Shown: positions 28,255 to 39,841, counted from the stretch's first letter. The stretch: 64,000 nucleotides of DNA from an uncultured Gemmatimonadales bacterium (GCA_963741945.1 CAVUKA010000001.1:288001-352000); one strand, 5' to 3'. Notes: generated from the letters alone by a model not told the origin. Numbers and translations: made by a program.

Positions 28255-29146
28255 CGGTCTCTTTCCCTTCCCTGTGTCTGATGAACACCCGGACCAGGTC
28301 CGGCTGCTGTTCGCGCGTTTCCCACGTGAACCCGCGCTCCTCCAGCGTCGGCAGAAGGAAGCGCGGCTCACGGACGTTCACCTGCACCAGCGTATGTCCG
28401 ACGGGGAGACGCTCCAGCGCCGCGAGCGTGCGCACCATCGGCTCGGGCGGCTCCAATCCCCGCACATCCAGGACGACCACGCCACCGTCCGCGACATCCG
28501 CATCGGCTTCCGGCCGCCCGTCGGTGCCACCCTCCGCCGCGTGCGGAGGAGAGCCGGACGTCTCCGTCGAGGGGTCGGCTGCCCAGAACCAGATCACCCA
28601 ATCGTCGTCCGCCCGCCGCTCGGTCCAGTTTTGCAGGCCCTGCTTCTCGAACACGGCGTAGAGCGGGGCGGGCTCGAAGATCGCCCGCAGTCGCAGCGCG
28701 CCATTTTCCGGGATCTCACGTTTCGCAGCCATGATCCGGCTGAAGGGCTCCTCGCCCCGGCGCAGCGCGTCCCGGACGTCGAGGTCGACGATCCGGTCTT
28801 CCGGGATCGCCGCCAGCGCGGCCGGTGTCCGCCCCTCCGGGTCGCCCGCGCCGGCGTCCGGTCCGTCCCGGTCCGGGGATGCCGGCGCTGCGCCCTCCGG
28901 CGAGGCGGCCTGGCCGCCGTCCGCCCCGGCCCGGCGCTCGACAGCGGCATTGAGGCGGGCGACGAGGCTCTCCGCATCCATGCCGGCCACCCTCGCCGCC
29001 TGGTTCACGGTGACGAGCCTGGCCATCACCTTGCGCATGGCCGGGCTCCGCAGGCGCCCGAACGCGGGGGAGGCCGCAACGAAGACGTCGATCAGCGACT
29101 CGTCGCTCGCGAGGACGTCGGCCACGCGGTCCGTCCCCCGGATCAC
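28247..29146 (-). CDS. DUF1858-like plus two DUF2249 domains
   Basis: N-terminal F..LRSP.MR...[35 protein letters not shown] overlap with the upstream stop. Confidence 0.8.
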   Translation of the reverse strand: MIRGTDRVADVLASDESLIDVFVAASPAFGRLRSPAMRKVMARLVTVNQAARVAGMDAESLVARLNAAVERRAGADGGQAASPEGAAPASPDRDGPDAGAGDPEGRTPAALAAIPEDRIVDLDVRDALRRGEEPFSRIMAAKREIPENGALRLRAIFEPAPLYAVFEKQGLQNWTERRADDDWVIWFWAADPSTETSGSPPHAAEGGTDGRPEADADVADGGVVVLDVRGLEPPEPMVRTLAALERLPVGHTLVQVNVREPRFLLPTLEERGFTWETREQQPDLVRVFIRHREGKETDD

Positions 29147-29481
29147 CACGCCCCCTCCCGAATCATCCCCGGGTTCCACGCGGGCTCCCACACCAGCCGG
29201 GCATCCACGTCGCGGACACCCTCCAGGGCGGAGACCACGGCCACCACCGCATTGGAGATGTGGGCTTCCATCGGGCAGCCACGCGTCGTGAGCGTGTAGT
29301 CGATCGCGACCACCCCCGCATCGATGCGCACGCCGTACACGAGCCCCAGCGTCACGATGTCGAGCCCGATCTCGGGATCCACCACCTGCCCGAGCGCCGA
29401 TCGCACCGCACTCTCGGTGACCGCGGGCGCGGGACTCCCCCCCGAGAGCGCCGCGAGGGCGCCTTCGAACGATTCGGTCAT
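29143..29481 (-). CDS. DUF59/SufT/PaaD-like metal-sulfur cluster assembly factor
   Basis: [31 protein letters not shown]. Confidence 0.9.
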   Translation of the reverse strand: MTESFEGALAALSGGSPAPAVTESAVRSALGQVVDPEIGLDIVTLGLVYGVRIDAGVVAIDYTLTTRGCPMEAHISNAVVAVVSALEGVRDVDARLVWEPAWNPGMIREGAW

Positions 29482-30770
29482 GGCCTCCTCCATGCCAGTT
29501 TCCACATCTGCACGGCCTCCACCAGGCCTCCCCCGAGCGCCACGACGGCGAATACCCGGGCCACCGCGCCGGCGCCCACCGTGGTAGCGGCCACCACGCC
29601 CGTGGCCCCCAGCCCCAGGAGCATCACCGCGACCGTGGCCCCGGTCGCCGAATAGAGCTCCGAAACCCGGGGCACCTGGCGCTCCGCCACCAGTGGACCG
29701 AAGCGGTGGAACCAGACCAGAAAAGGGACGATCTTGTAGTAGTGGGCCGCGACGAACAGCGTCAGCGACAGCACCATCGCGGCGATGTAGGCGGTGGACA
29801 GCCGCGGGACGGCAAAACCCGTGGCCAGGCTCACCGCCCCGAGCCCCAGCGCGACAGCCAGCAGCATCAGCGCTCCACCCGCCAGGCGGAGCCCCGGATC
29901 GAGACTCGGCTTGACGCGGTGGGTGAAGAAGAGCCGCGTCTGCACAAGGAACGAGGCCGCGCCGCCCGCCAGCAGGATCCCGGGCAGCCAGTGGGACAGG
30001 AGAGGGGGAGCATGGTGCAGCAGCGCCAGCGCCAGCACACCCGTGGCAACGAGCCACGCCGCGGCACGCCCCCAGCGCTCAGGCGCGCCGTGACTCAGGA
30101 GGAACATGGGGAGCAGCCGGTGCGCCACCCCGATCACCACCATGAGCACCCACCCGGCCAGCGCCACGTGCATGTGCACGCCCAGCGCCGTCCAGCGGTG
30201 CACGCCCAGGTACCCCAAGCGCAGGTTCCCCGCCAGCGTGAAGCCCAGGATCGCCGTAAGCACCAGATAGACGTCCGCCGCCAGAAGGGACCACCACGTC
30301 AGGTCCCGCCGTTTCGCAGCCGCCAGCGTGGCCCCGAGGTTGGCCGCGAACAGCAGCACCGCCGTCCCGAACGTCGCCGCCCCACCCAGCATCAACGGCC
30401 CCGTGCCCGTGGCCAGCCCGGCCACGAACGCCAGCAGCCCCGGCACGAATAGCACGAACGTCGCATGCGCCACACCCGTCCACCGGATCGGATGGTCCAG
30501 CGCCACCGGCAGGAACTGGTACAGCGCTCCGAAGATCGACATCGTGATCCACCCGAGCGTAAACAGGTGCGTCACCGCCGCCACCCGCGCCGACGGATAC
30601 CATCCGGCCGCCACCTGCGGCGCTACCACCACGAGCCCCGTCAATCCCAGCAGCAGGAACACCATCCCCGCCACGAAATGCTCCCCCGGCAGCAGGAACG
30701 CGGGCGCCTTCCCGGCGGCGAGGGCGGAGGGCCCGATGGCGGGCGCGGTGGATCGGGCCGTAAGCGACAT
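29478..30770 (-). CDS. polytopic membrane protein with conserved histidines (NnrS/heme-copper-oxidase-subunit-I-like)
   Basis: About 12 TM segments; [41 protein letters not shown]. Confidence 0.72.
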   Translation of the reverse strand: MSLTARSTAPAIGPSALAAGKAPAFLLPGEHFVAGMVFLLLGLTGLVVVAPQVAAGWYPSARVAAVTHLFTLGWITMSIFGALYQFLPVALDHPIRWTGVAHATFVLFVPGLLAFVAGLATGTGPLMLGGAATFGTAVLLFAANLGATLAAAKRRDLTWWSLLAADVYLVLTAILGFTLAGNLRLGYLGVHRWTALGVHMHVALAGWVLMVVIGVAHRLLPMFLLSHGAPERWGRAAAWLVATGVLALALLHHAPPLLSHWLPGILLAGGAASFLVQTRLFFTHRVKPSLDPGLRLAGGALMLLAVALGLGAVSLATGFAVPRLSTAYIAAMVLSLTLFVAAHYYKIVPFLVWFHRFGPLVAERQVPRVSELYSATGATVAVMLLGLGATGVVAATTVGAGAVARVFAVVALGGGLVEAVQMWKLAWRRP

Positions 30771-30804
30771 GTCCTATTCTGGACATTCGTATGATGTTTG
30801 TCAA
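30769..30804 (-). promoter_or_regulatory. sigma70 promoter (probably leaderless mRNA) with overlapping operator palindromes
   Basis: TTGACA-17 nt-CAGAAT-5 nt-ATG; ATGTCC-N6-GGACAT inverted repeat; FNR/Dnr-like TTGAC-N4-ATCAT. Confidence 0.65.
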
Positions 30805-30833
30805 CGGGGGGGGCCAGCGCGGGGACGACGAGG

Positions 30834-31379
30834 TCAGGGGAGGAGGGTTCGACGGCCTTCCGCGAGGACGCGGTCGTAGAGGCGCTCGAGGGGGGAGCAG
30901 ACGCCACGGCAGCCGTTCACGACGCGCTCGGTCCAGTCGAGATAATCGAGGCGGCGCTCGAGGCTCCAGTCCGGGGGGTGGTGGGTCACATCCCGGACAT
31001 TGGCGATCTTGTCTGCAATGCGGATGAGCTTGGCCGCATCGGAGAGGGTGGGGGCGCCGCGGACCTGGCGCTCCTTGCGTTCGAGCCTGGCGAGTGCCTT
31101 CTCGTCGGTGACTTCGAGAACGAGGTCGCGAACGGCGGGACCGAAGGCGGCGGCGAGCTCGCGGGGAGAAGTCTCGGTGTCCTCGAGGGTGTCGTGGAGC
31201 ACGGCGCCCTGCAGGGTGGTGATATCCGTGACACCGTGGGCAGCGAGGAGTCTGGCCACGGCGATGGGGTGATTGATGTAGGGTGAGGCTTCCCTGCCCT
31301 TCCGTCGCTGGTCGCGGTGCTTGTCGGCGGCGAAGGCGAGCGCTTCGAAGAGGAGCGCTTCACGGGTGTCCGGGGTCAC
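30834..31379 (-). CDS. HD-domain small alarmone hydrolase (Mesh1-like)
   Basis: HRDQRRK, PYINHP, LHDTLEDT, VTDEK, ADKIANVRD; no synthetase domain. Confidence 0.87.
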   Translation of the reverse strand: MTPDTREALLFEALAFAADKHRDQRRKGREASPYINHPIAVARLLAAHGVTDITTLQGAVLHDTLEDTETSPRELAAAFGPAVRDLVLEVTDEKALARLERKERQVRGAPTLSDAAKLIRIADKIANVRDVTHHPPDWSLERRLDYLDWTERVVNGCRGVCSPLERLYDRVLAEGRRTLLP

Positions 31380-31570
31380 GGCTCACCATCGCGCCCGGGG
31401 AGCAGCCGCAGGAGGAAGCCGACGGCCAGGATGAGGATCGCGGCGCCAATGACGCGATCATCATCGAGGGCGATGCCGGCGAGCGCGATGGCCGCTCCGA
31501 TGCCGAACAGCCAGAGTCGGGCGTGGAGCCAGGGTGCACCATCGTCGCTACGGCGGAAGAAGAGGCTCAT
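31376..31570 (-). CDS. small two-TM hypothetical protein
   Basis: 4-nt overlaps with both neighbours; hydrophobic. Confidence 0.6.
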   Translation of the reverse strand: MSLFFRRSDDGAPWLHARLWLFGIGAAIALAGIALDDDRVIGAAILILAVGFLLRLLPGRDGEP

Positions 31571-32361
31571 TCTCCCCGGCGTCGCTCGAGGAATCGCCGC
31601 ACGCCGGCCCGGGTGTCGGGTGTGAGGCGGGCGAGGACGTTGACTTCTGCGCCGCGTGCCACGGCCTCCTCGAAGCTGAGTCCGTCCATGCCGTAGAGGA
31701 GGCGCTTGATGAGGGAGACGGCGGAAATGGAGCGTCGAGCGATCTCGACCGCGTACGACGTGACGCCCTCCTCCCAGGCTTCGGCGGCGATGACGCGATT
31801 GACGAGGCCGAGGGCGGCGGCCTCGCGGGCGTCGATCTGCTCGCCCCGGACCACGAGCTCGAACGCCACCGTTTCGCCCACTGCGCGACGGAGGAGCGCC
31901 ATCACCATGGCCGGCACGAAGCCGAGGTGCACCTCGGGGTAGCCGAACACGGCGTCATCGCGGGCGAGGACGAGGTCGCAGGCGGTGGCGAGGCCCGCGC
32001 CGCCGGCCAGGGCGTGGCCGTGAACGGCCGCGATCACGGGGCGGGGATGGCGACGCATGGTGACGAGCAGGGCGCCGAGCGCCTCGGCATCGGCGAGGTT
32101 GGCTGCGGGATCGGCGTTCTCGGCCATGCGCTCGAGCGCGGCCAGGTCCGCGCCCGCGCAGAAGTCCGGCCCCTCGGCGCGGAGGAGGATCACATGGGTG
32201 TCGGGATCCGCGGCCGCGTCGATGAAGGCGTGGCGGAGCGCGGCCACGAGCGCGGGGTCCAGGGCGTTCCGCTTGTCGGGCCGGCTGAGGGTGAGCGTGA
32301 GGACGCCGCCGCTGCGGTCCACCGCGAGCGGACCGGTGCGACCCGGCTCGGCGGACGACAT
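31567..32361 (-). CDS. enoyl-CoA hydratase (methylglutaconyl-CoA hydratase/LiuC-like)
   Basis: KRNAL, FCAGADL, ALAGGAGLATACD, YPEVHLGFVPA. Confidence 0.85.
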   Translation of the reverse strand: MSSAEPGRTGPLAVDRSGGVLTLTLSRPDKRNALDPALVAALRHAFIDAAADPDTHVILLRAEGPDFCAGADLAALERMAENADPAANLADAEALGALLVTMRRHPRPVIAAVHGHALAGGAGLATACDLVLARDDAVFGYPEVHLGFVPAMVMALLRRAVGETVAFELVVRGEQIDAREAAALGLVNRVIAAEAWEEGVTSYAVEIARRSISAVSLIKRLLYGMDGLSFEEAVARGAEVNVLARLTPDTRAGVRRFLERRRGE

Positions 32362-32693
32362 CAGACGCCCATGGCGTGTGGGAGATCGATTTCCATGCGG
32401 AGCATGGCAGTGGAGAAGGTCTTCCCCTGGGCGTCGGTCATGAGCGACACGGTGCCGCCGCCGCCCAGGGCGTTATGGAGCAGGAAGTTCAGCGCGCCGA
32501 GGTTCGGCAGCTCGAAGCGCTCCACGCTCCCGCGGACCATGTCGCCGAAATGCTCCTTGACGCGCTCGGTCGTGAGCTGCTCCACGAGCAGGTCGTAATG
32601 GGCGGGGTCGTAGGCGATGACGCCCACGTTGACGGTGTCGCCCTTGTCGCCTGAGCGGGCGTGGGCGATGTCCTTGAGCTGGATCCTGGGCAT
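32361..32693 (-). CDS. AtuA-related small protein (stand-alone AtuA C-terminal domain)
   Basis: AHARSGDKGD, VERFELP, ALGGGG..SL..DAQGK. Confidence 0.88.
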   Translation of the reverse strand: MPRIQLKDIAHARSGDKGDTVNVGVIAYDPAHYDLLVEQLTTERVKEHFGDMVRGSVERFELPNLGALNFLLHNALGGGGTVSLMTDAQGKTFSTAMLRMEIDLPHAMGV

Positions 32694-32811
32694 CTGTACA
32701 AGCCTCGGTTGTTCACGCGTTCTCGTAGCCGCCGGCGCGAACGCTCGCGCCGGGGGGCGCGGGCTTTCGGCGCCGTCCCGCCCGATCTGTTCCCCTGCTC
32801 CCGCCGACGCG

Positions 32812-34200
32812 CTACGCCTCGGTCACCTCCACGCGGAGTCCCGCCTCGATCTCTTCCCGATCGATGAGGGCGGGCCAGAAGGCCATGATCTCCTGGACGC
32901 GCGGGCGGCCGCCCGCGAAGCCGGTCACGGACGGCGGCCCGGAGAGGATGAGCGGGGCGATCTCGCGGGTGAAGCGCTCCACGAGCTTGCGCCTGTCGCT
33001 GCGGACGGCGATGCGGAGCTGCACTTCGGGGAGATTCTCCGGCGGCGGTCCGGCCAGGTGGCCGTGTGTGGCGTTCCAGCCCACGAACTCGGTGAGGATC
33101 TCGTCGAACTCGAGCCCGAGCCGTTCGAGGCGCTCGCGCAGCACGCGGTCCGCGGCCCTGGCCTTCTTGATGGCGTCGGGCCACGAATAGACGAGGGTTC
33201 CCACGGCTTTCCATCCGGCCTGGTAGGCGATGGAAACCTTCAGCTTGTCCGTCTTCGGACGCCCCTTCACGCCCCGGACGCGGACCCGGTTCTCTCCCTC
33301 CTGGTTCAGGCGGATGGTGGTGAAATCGGCCACCACATCGGGGGTGATATACTCCCGCGGGTCGCCCATCTCGTACAGGAGCTGCTCCTTCACGACGGCG
33401 GTCGTGATCCGGCCGCCGGTGTTCTCGTGCTTGGTGACCACGAAGCTGCCGTCGGCGAACGCCTCGATGATGGGATAGCCGATCCCGGCCAGGTCGGGGA
33501 CGAGCTCCCAATCCACCAGGCAGTTGCCGCCGCTGGCCTGGGCCCCGCACTCGTTGATGTGCCCCGCCACGACGCCCGCCGCCAGGCAGTCCCACGCGTC
33601 GGGGGCCCAGCCGAACTCATGCATCATCGGGCCGTACGTGAGCGCCGTGTCGGTGGACCGTCCGGTGACCACGACGGTGGCGCCGCGCTGTAGCGCGGTG
33701 ACGATGGGCTCGGCGCCGATATAGGCGTTCGCGGAGGCCACGCGGTCCAGAACGTCGGCGAGCGGCGCCCCGGTTTCCATGTGCCGGAGCTCGTGTCCCT
33801 GGTCGATGAGGCGATCGAGCCGCCCGAGCAGGTCGTCCCCCATGACCACGCCGATCCTCGCCCGCTCGCCGCTCGTGCCCGTGGTGCCGCGCGCGGCCTC
33901 CACGAGGGCGTCACGGCACGCCTCGAGGTTCACGCCCCCGGCGTTGGTGACCACGCGGATGCCCCGGGCGAGGAGGTCCGGGAACAGCTCCTCCATGAGC
34001 GGGACGAAGTCGCGGGCGTATCCCTGGGAGGGATCACGGGACTTCTGCTTCTGGAGGATGGACATGGTCACTTCCGCCAGGTAGTCCATCATCAGGTATT
34101 CGATGGGCCCGTTCCGGACCTGTTCGACAGGGGCGTCGAGGCGGTCGCCCCAGAAGCCCTGCCCGCTCGCGATCCGCACCCGTTTCTGGTCCCTCGTCAT
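32812..34200 (-). CDS. acyclic terpene utilization AtuA family protein (DUF1446)
   Basis: [48 protein letters not shown]. Confidence 0.92.
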   Translation of the reverse strand: MTRDQKRVRIASGQGFWGDRLDAPVEQVRNGPIEYLMMDYLAEVTMSILQKQKSRDPSQGYARDFVPLMEELFPDLLARGIRVVTNAGGVNLEACRDALVEAARGTTGTSGERARIGVVMGDDLLGRLDRLIDQGHELRHMETGAPLADVLDRVASANAYIGAEPIVTALQRGATVVVTGRSTDTALTYGPMMHEFGWAPDAWDCLAAGVVAGHINECGAQASGGNCLVDWELVPDLAGIGYPIIEAFADGSFVVTKHENTGGRITTAVVKEQLLYEMGDPREYITPDVVADFTTIRLNQEGENRVRVRGVKGRPKTDKLKVSIAYQAGWKAVGTLVYSWPDAIKKARAADRVLRERLERLGLEFDEILTEFVGWNATHGHLAGPPPENLPEVQLRIAVRSDRRKLVERFTREIAPLILSGPPSVTGFAGGRPRVQEIMAFWPALIDREEIEAGLRVEVTEA

Positions 34201-35591
34201 GCCACCGCCCTCTCTTCCGTCTCCGCCCGAGCCGACGGGATGGCTCGCAGCAACAAATAGCCCACCACGCCGGCAACCAGCGACGCGCAGAGGATTCCCA
34301 CCTTGACCTGCTCGAGCACGGCGCCATCGAATGCCAGGTCGGCAATGAAGAGCGACATGGTGAAACCGATCCCCGCGAGCAGCCCCGCGCCGGCAATGTG
34401 TCCGCCTCCGATGCCTTCCGGCAGTCCTGCCATGCCGACGCGCACGGCCAGCCATGCGAGGGCGCCGACGCCGAGGGGCTTGCCGATGAGGAGCCCGAGC
34501 GCAACGCCGACGACGACCGGGCTGGTCAGCCCCCGGACGACTTCCGATTGGAGCGCCACGCCGGCGTTGGCCAGCGCGAAGAGCGGCATGACGCCGAACG
34601 CCACCCAGGGGACCAGGGCGTGCTCGATGCGGAGCAGAGGCGACTGGACGTCCTCGGCCGCGCTTTCCAGCTGCTCCAGCGCCACTTCCTGCCGCTCGGT
34701 CAGCGGGTGGGCGGGATCCGGGCGCAGCCCGTCCGCCTCGAACTGCCGCAGGTAGTCACGCGCGCTGGCGACGAAATGCGGCACGTCGATGCGGGTGCGG
34801 GCGGGGATCGTCGTCGCCAGCAGCACGCCGGCGATGGTCGCGTGGACGCCGGAGCGGAGGAAGAAGAACCAGAGTACGACGCCGAGGAGCCCGTACACGG
34901 CCGGTCGGCGGACGCCGCCCCGATTCAGGCCGATGAGAACCACGAAGGTCATCAGACCATAGGAGAGGGCGGCCCAGTCGACGCCCTGGGAGTAGAAGAG
35001 GGCGATGACCAGGACGGCGCCGAGGTCGTCGACAATGGCGAGCGCAGCCAGGAAGATGCGGAGCCCCGGCGGAACGCGATCGCCGAGAATGGCGAGGACG
35101 CCGAGGGCGAACGCGATGTCCGTGGCCATGGGCACCCCCCATCCCCGCACTTCGGGGGTGCCGGCGTTGAACGCGACGAAGATCAGCGCGGGCACGGCCA
35201 TTCCGCCGATGGCGGCGGCGATGGGGAGCGCGGCCTTGCGCGGCGAAGCGAGCTCGCCCACCTGCACTTCGCGCTTGATCTCCAGCCCCACCATGAAGAA
35301 GAAGACGGCCATGAGGCCGTCGTTGATCCAGTAGTGGAGGGAGTAGTCGAGGTGAACGGGCCCGCCGCCGACCGTCAGGTGCGTCTCCCACAGGTGGAAA
35401 TACGACGGGGCCCATGGCGAGTTGGCCCAGAGCAGCGCGACGGCCGCGCAGCCCAGAAGCACGATGCCGCTGGCCGACTCCGCGTGGAAGAACTCCTGGA
35501 ACGGGAGGACGAGCCGGCGCACCAGTGTGGGCCGACTGCGGCCCGTGGGGGCCGGAGGGATCGGCGGCCCCGGGGCCGTGGGTCCGCTCAT
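34197..35591 (-). CDS. nhaA: Na+/H+ antiporter NhaA
   Basis: [48 protein letters not shown]. Confidence 0.95.
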   Translation of the reverse strand: MSGPTAPGPPIPPAPTGRSRPTLVRRLVLPFQEFFHAESASGIVLLGCAAVALLWANSPWAPSYFHLWETHLTVGGGPVHLDYSLHYWINDGLMAVFFFMVGLEIKREVQVGELASPRKAALPIAAAIGGMAVPALIFVAFNAGTPEVRGWGVPMATDIAFALGVLAILGDRVPPGLRIFLAALAIVDDLGAVLVIALFYSQGVDWAALSYGLMTFVVLIGLNRGGVRRPAVYGLLGVVLWFFFLRSGVHATIAGVLLATTIPARTRIDVPHFVASARDYLRQFEADGLRPDPAHPLTERQEVALEQLESAAEDVQSPLLRIEHALVPWVAFGVMPLFALANAGVALQSEVVRGLTSPVVVGVALGLLIGKPLGVGALAWLAVRVGMAGLPEGIGGGHIAGAGLLAGIGFTMSLFIADLAFDGAVLEQVKVGILCASLVAGVVGYLLLRAIPSARAETEERAVA

Positions 35592-37204
35592 GCGCCTTCC
35601 AGCGCGCCGAAGGGGCCAATGTGCGGGCCCGCGTTGTGCAGCGCCGCCCGCAGCACGAACGCGAGCGTGGGCCGGACCTGCTCCGGGCGGAGGATGGAAT
35701 CGACGAAGCCGCGGGCGGCGGCGTGGCGAGCATCCAGCTGGCGCTCGTAGTCGGCCCGAACGGCATCGAGCCTGGCCTGGAGCTCCGCATCGGGCTGCCG
35801 CTTCTCCTTCTTGAGCTCTTCGAGCTGCGGACCGAAGAGCGCCACGACCGCGCTCTCCCCCTCCATCACTCCCATGCGGCCCGTCGGGAGGGTGAAGATG
35901 AAGTCGGGATCGAAGCCCTGCCCGGCCATGGCGTAGTAGCCGGCCCCCGACGCGTGATTCAGCGTGAGCACGACGATGGGCACGGGCGCCGTGGCCATGG
36001 CCTCGACGAAGCGGGCGCCCGCGCGGATGATCCCGGACTGCTCCGCTTCGATCCCGACCATGAAGCCGCTCACGTCCTGCACGAACAGGATGGGCGTCCC
36101 GTGACGGCTCATGGTTTCGATGAAGTAGGCGGACTTCTCGGCACTCTCCGTGTAGATGATCCCGCCGAACCTGGGCGCCCCGCCCTTCACGTTCTCGATC
36201 ATCCCGCGCCGGTTCGCCAGCACGCCCACGGCCACGCCATCCAGGCGGGCCGTGGCGCACAGCATCTCGGGCGCGCGGTCGGCCTGGAACTCATCGTAGT
36301 CGCCACCGTCGAGGAGAGCCCGGAGCACAGCATCGATGTCGTACGGCTGTCGGTGGTCCTCCGGGAGGACATCATAGAGGGAGTGGGCGGGCGCGGCCGC
36401 GGGCTCGTCCTCCGCGACGGCCGCGCGTGGAGGCTCGTACGGGATCTCCTCCACGAGCTGACGGATGCGATCGAGGCATGCGCGGTCGTCCGGGGTCCGG
36501 TAATGGGCCACGCCGCTGAGCGCGTTGTGCGTCCACGCCCCGCCCAGCTCCTCCGACTCCACGGTGGCGCCGGTGGCGCCCTTGACGAGGTTGGGGCCGC
36601 CGAGCCCCATGAAGCTGGTGCCCTCCACCATCAGGATGACGTCCGAGAGCGCCGGGAGGTAGGCGCCGCCGGCGATGCACGGTCCCATGACGGCGGCGAT
36701 CTGCGGCACGTTCAGGTAGTGCCGCATGATGGAGTTGTAGTAGAAGAGCCTGGCCGCGCCGTACTGCCCCGGAAAGACACCGCCCTGGTAGGGCAGGTTC
36801 ACCCCCGCGCTGTCCACCAGGTAGATGATGGGGATGCGGCAGCGCATGGCGATCTCCTGCGCCCGCAGCATCTTCGTGATGGTCTCCGGCCACCAGGAGC
36901 CCGCCTTGACGGTGGCGTCGTTGGCGATGACCACCACCGGACGGCCCTGGACGGAGCCCAGGCCGGTGACCACGCCGGCGCCGGGAGCCTGGCCATCATA
37001 GCGGTCATGGGCCACGAGGAGGCCCACTTCGTGGAAGGGGGTTCGCGGATCCAGGAGCAGCGCGATCCGCTCGCGCGCGGTCAGCTTGCCAGCCGAATGC
37101 TGGCGCCGGATCTTCGCCTCGCCACCACCCTGCCGGAGCTTCGCCTCGAGCTCGTCCAGCTCCGACGTCAGGCGGCGCAGCCGCGACTCGATCCGCTGCG
37201 CCAC
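35588..37204 (-). CDS. acyl-CoA carboxylase carboxyltransferase subunit (MccB/LiuB-like)
   Basis: GKLTARERI, ANDATVKAG, LVDSAG, GPCIAGGAY, EELGG, QDVSGFMVG. Confidence 0.92.
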   Translation of the reverse strand: MAQRIESRLRRLTSELDELEAKLRQGGGEAKIRRQHSAGKLTARERIALLLDPRTPFHEVGLLVAHDRYDGQAPGAGVVTGLGSVQGRPVVVIANDATVKAGSWWPETITKMLRAQEIAMRCRIPIIYLVDSAGVNLPYQGGVFPGQYGAARLFYYNSIMRHYLNVPQIAAVMGPCIAGGAYLPALSDVILMVEGTSFMGLGGPNLVKGATGATVESEELGGAWTHNALSGVAHYRTPDDRACLDRIRQLVEEIPYEPPRAAVAEDEPAAAPAHSLYDVLPEDHRQPYDIDAVLRALLDGGDYDEFQADRAPEMLCATARLDGVAVGVLANRRGMIENVKGGAPRFGGIIYTESAEKSAYFIETMSRHGTPILFVQDVSGFMVGIEAEQSGIIRAGARFVEAMATAPVPIVVLTLNHASGAGYYAMAGQGFDPDFIFTLPTGRMGVMEGESAVVALFGPQLEELKKEKRQPDAELQARLDAVRADYERQLDARHAAARGFVDSILRPEQVRPTLAFVLRAALHNAGPHIGPFGALEGA

Positions 37205-37208
37205 CGCC

Positions 37209-37625
37209 CTACGCCTGGCCCGCGTGCCGCTCCGCGAACCACTCGCGGATGTACTCGATCGGCTCACCCGTGGGCGTGCCCGGACCGAAGAGGCGCCCCA
37301 CGCCCATCTCCCGCAGCGCCTCCATGTCCTCCTCCGGGATGATGCCGCCACCCGACAGGAGGATGTGATCCGCGCCCTCCTCGCGGAGCAGCTCCAGCAC
37401 GCGCGGGAAGAGCGTCATGTGGGCACCCGAGAGAATGCTGAGCGCCACGACGTCCACATCTTCCTGCACCGCGGCGCTCACGATCATCTCGGGCGTCTGG
37501 TGCAGCCCCGTGTAGATGACCTCGAACCCCGCATCGCGCATGGCGCTGGCCATCACCTTCGCCCCGCGGTCGTGGCCATCGAGCCCCGGCTTCGCCACCA
37601 GCACCCGGATCTTCCGTTCCACCAT
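37209..37625 (-). CDS. cobalamin-binding small subunit of an acyl-CoA mutase
   Basis: [12 protein letters not shown] (DxHxxG), SILSGAH, GGGIIP, FGPGT. Confidence 0.95.
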   Translation of the reverse strand: MVERKIRVLVAKPGLDGHDRGAKVMASAMRDAGFEVIYTGLHQTPEMIVSAAVQEDVDVVALSILSGAHMTLFPRVLELLREEGADHILLSGGGIIPEEDMEALREMGVGRLFGPGTPTGEPIEYIREWFAERHAGQA

Positions 37626-37698
37626 TGTCCCCGCCTCCATGCTGCCGGAATCGCTGCCGGAAAGTATAGGCGACGGGAACGCCTCGGCAACGTCGTGG

Positions 37699-38466
37699 TC
37701 AGCGTCGTTCCGCCCGCAGGATCAGCCGCTCCGCCCCGGGAGTGAACGGCTCGCCGTCCCAGTCGCCCCACGCCGCGGCCGGACGGAGCCCGACGGAAGC
37801 CACCAGGGCGGTCAGCTCCGCGGCCGTGCGCAGGCGGAGCGAATGCCGGAGTCGACCGCCGCCGCCGGGGCCATCCCAGCGGAGGACCTCGTGGCTGATC
37901 CCGCGCTCCCGGTCCAGGCGACGCCGTGCCCGCACGACCGTCCCATCGTCCAGCCGCCACCGGTCGCGGGGAGCGAAGTGCGGCTCCACGTCCTCCCGGT
38001 GCATCCCCTCCAGGAGCAGGCGGCCGCCGGGGCGGAGGACGCGGGCAGCCTCCGCCAGCGCCGTCCGGGCGGGAGCGTCATCGAGGAAGAGGCCGAGGCT
38101 GGTGGCGAGGTTCAGCACCGCGTCGAAGGACGCGTCAGCGAAGGGGAGGGCGAGCATGGTGGCGCAGCAGAGCTGTGGGTGGGAGTGCTCCGCGGGATGC
38201 GGGCCCGGAGTGCGGGTAAGGGCAGCGGCCGCCTGGCGGAGGAGGGGCTCGGAGAGATCGAGCCCGACCACCCGGTGACCGGCCTCCCGGAGCAGCGCCA
38301 GGTGACGGCCCCAGCCGCAGCCGAGGTCGAGGAGGCGGTCCTCCTGAGAAAGTGCGAGCATCTCGCGCAGCCCGGCCACTTCCCGGCGCGCCTCCGCTTC
38401 GGTGTGGAACGGGGCGAGGACGCGGGCGTAAGCGTCGCCGAAGAACGATCGACCGGTAGCGGTCAC
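37699..38466 (-). CDS. class I SAM-dependent methyltransferase
   Basis: [31 protein letters not shown]. Confidence 0.87.
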   Translation of the reverse strand: MTATGRSFFGDAYARVLAPFHTEAEARREVAGLREMLALSQEDRLLDLGCGWGRHLALLREAGHRVVGLDLSEPLLRQAAAALTRTPGPHPAEHSHPQLCCATMLALPFADASFDAVLNLATSLGLFLDDAPARTALAEAARVLRPGGRLLLEGMHREDVEPHFAPRDRWRLDDGTVVRARRRLDRERGISHEVLRWDGPGGGGRLRHSLRLRTAAELTALVASVGLRPAAAWGDWDGEPFTPGAERLILRAERR

Positions 38467-38470
38467 GGGC

Positions 38471-39841
38471 TCAATCCGAGCCGGTCTCCGGACCGGGCGT
38501 GTCCAGGGGGGGCCGGGGCTCCAGGATGAGCGCCAGTCGCACGATCCGGCGACCGTCCATGGCCAGGACCCGGAACCGCCCCTCGTCGAAGCGGACCTCG
38601 TCGCCGGGATGGGCAATACGCCCGAGCCGGCTCATCACGTACCCGGCCACGGTCGTATAGTCGTCCTCGGGCACAGCGATGTGGAAGCGCTCGTTGACCT
38701 CCACCACCGTGACCGCGCCCGAAATGAGAGCCGCCCCCTCTTCCGTTTCCAGGATCTCGTCCTGTTCCTCTTCGTGCTCGTCGCGGATCTCGCCGACGAT
38801 CTCCTCGAGCAGGTCCTCGATGGTCACGATGCCCGCGGTGCCGCCGAACTCGTCCACCACCACGGCAAAATGGATCCGCTCGCGCTGCATGTCGCGCAGC
38901 AGGTCTTCCACGGACTTGCTCTCGGGGATGTAGCGGGCGGGCCGCATGACCTCCTTCAGGTCCACCACGCCGTCGCGCTGGGCTCGCCAGACCTCACGGG
39001 CCAGGACCATTCCCAGGACGTGATCCAGGTTCTCCTCGTAGACCGGCAGACGGGAGTGGCCCTCGGCGATCATGACGTCGCCCACCTGATCCACCGTGAA
39101 GTCCACCGGCACGGCCACCACTTCGGTGCGCGGCGTCATCACTTCGGCCGCGCTCGTCTCGGAGAGGTCGAACACGCCCCGGATCATCTCCACCGGCTCC
39201 TTGGAGAGGAAGCCGGACTCGTAGGTCTGGTTCAGGATCATCTCGATCTCCTCGGGACGGTGCACCCTCTCCATCTCCGTGGCCGCGCGAAGCCCCATCA
39301 TGCGCAACAGGAGGTTGGCGGAGCCGTTGAGAACATGGATGACCGGGGTGAAGACGCGGGAGAAGATGATCAGGGGCGGCGAAGTCCAGAGGCTCACGGT
39401 CTCCGGGAAGAGCAGCGCCACGGACTTGGGCGCGAGCTCGCCCAGGACGATGTGCATGACCGTGATCAGGCTGAAGGCCAGCGTCCCCGCAACGGTGTGG
39501 GCGGCCAGCGCATCGAACGGCGACGGCAGTCCATGGAACGCCTGCATGAACACGACGGACAGCGTGCTCTCGCCCACCCACCCGAGCCCGAGCGACGCCA
39601 GCGTGATACCGAGCTGAGTGGCCGAGATGTAGTGATCCAGGTGGGTGAGGACGTGGGCGGCCATTTTCGCCCGCCGGCTCCCCTCCGCGGCCATGTGCTC
39701 CATGCGTGTCCGGCGCGCGCCCACCAGGCCGAACTCCGCGGCCACGAAGAACGCGTTGCAGCCGACGAGGAGGAGCGCGGCTGAGAGCCGCCAGGCCACC
39801 TGGGCAGCAGTGAGCGTGGCGACCGGGTCCGCTTCCATCAC
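38471..39841 (-). CDS. HlyC/CorC (CNNM) family transporter-associated protein
   Basis: FFVAAEF, QLGIT, GELAPK, CBS pair ([13 protein letters not shown]), CorC domain. Confidence 0.93.
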   Translation of the reverse strand: MMEADPVATLTAAQVAWRLSAALLLVGCNAFFVAAEFGLVGARRTRMEHMAAEGSRRAKMAAHVLTHLDHYISATQLGITLASLGLGWVGESTLSVVFMQAFHGLPSPFDALAAHTVAGTLAFSLITVMHIVLGELAPKSVALLFPETVSLWTSPPLIIFSRVFTPVIHVLNGSANLLLRMMGLRAATEMERVHRPEEIEMILNQTYESGFLSKEPVEMIRGVFDLSETSAAEVMTPRTEVVAVPVDFTVDQVGDVMIAEGHSRLPVYEENLDHVLGMVLAREVWRAQRDGVVDLKEVMRPARYIPESKSVEDLLRDMQRERIHFAVVVDEFGGTAGIVTIEDLLEEIVGEIRDEHEEEQDEILETEEGAALISGAVTVVEVNERFHIAVPEDDYTTVAGYVMSRLGRIAHPGDEVRFDEGRFRVLAMDGRRIVRLALILEPRPPLDTPGPETGSD

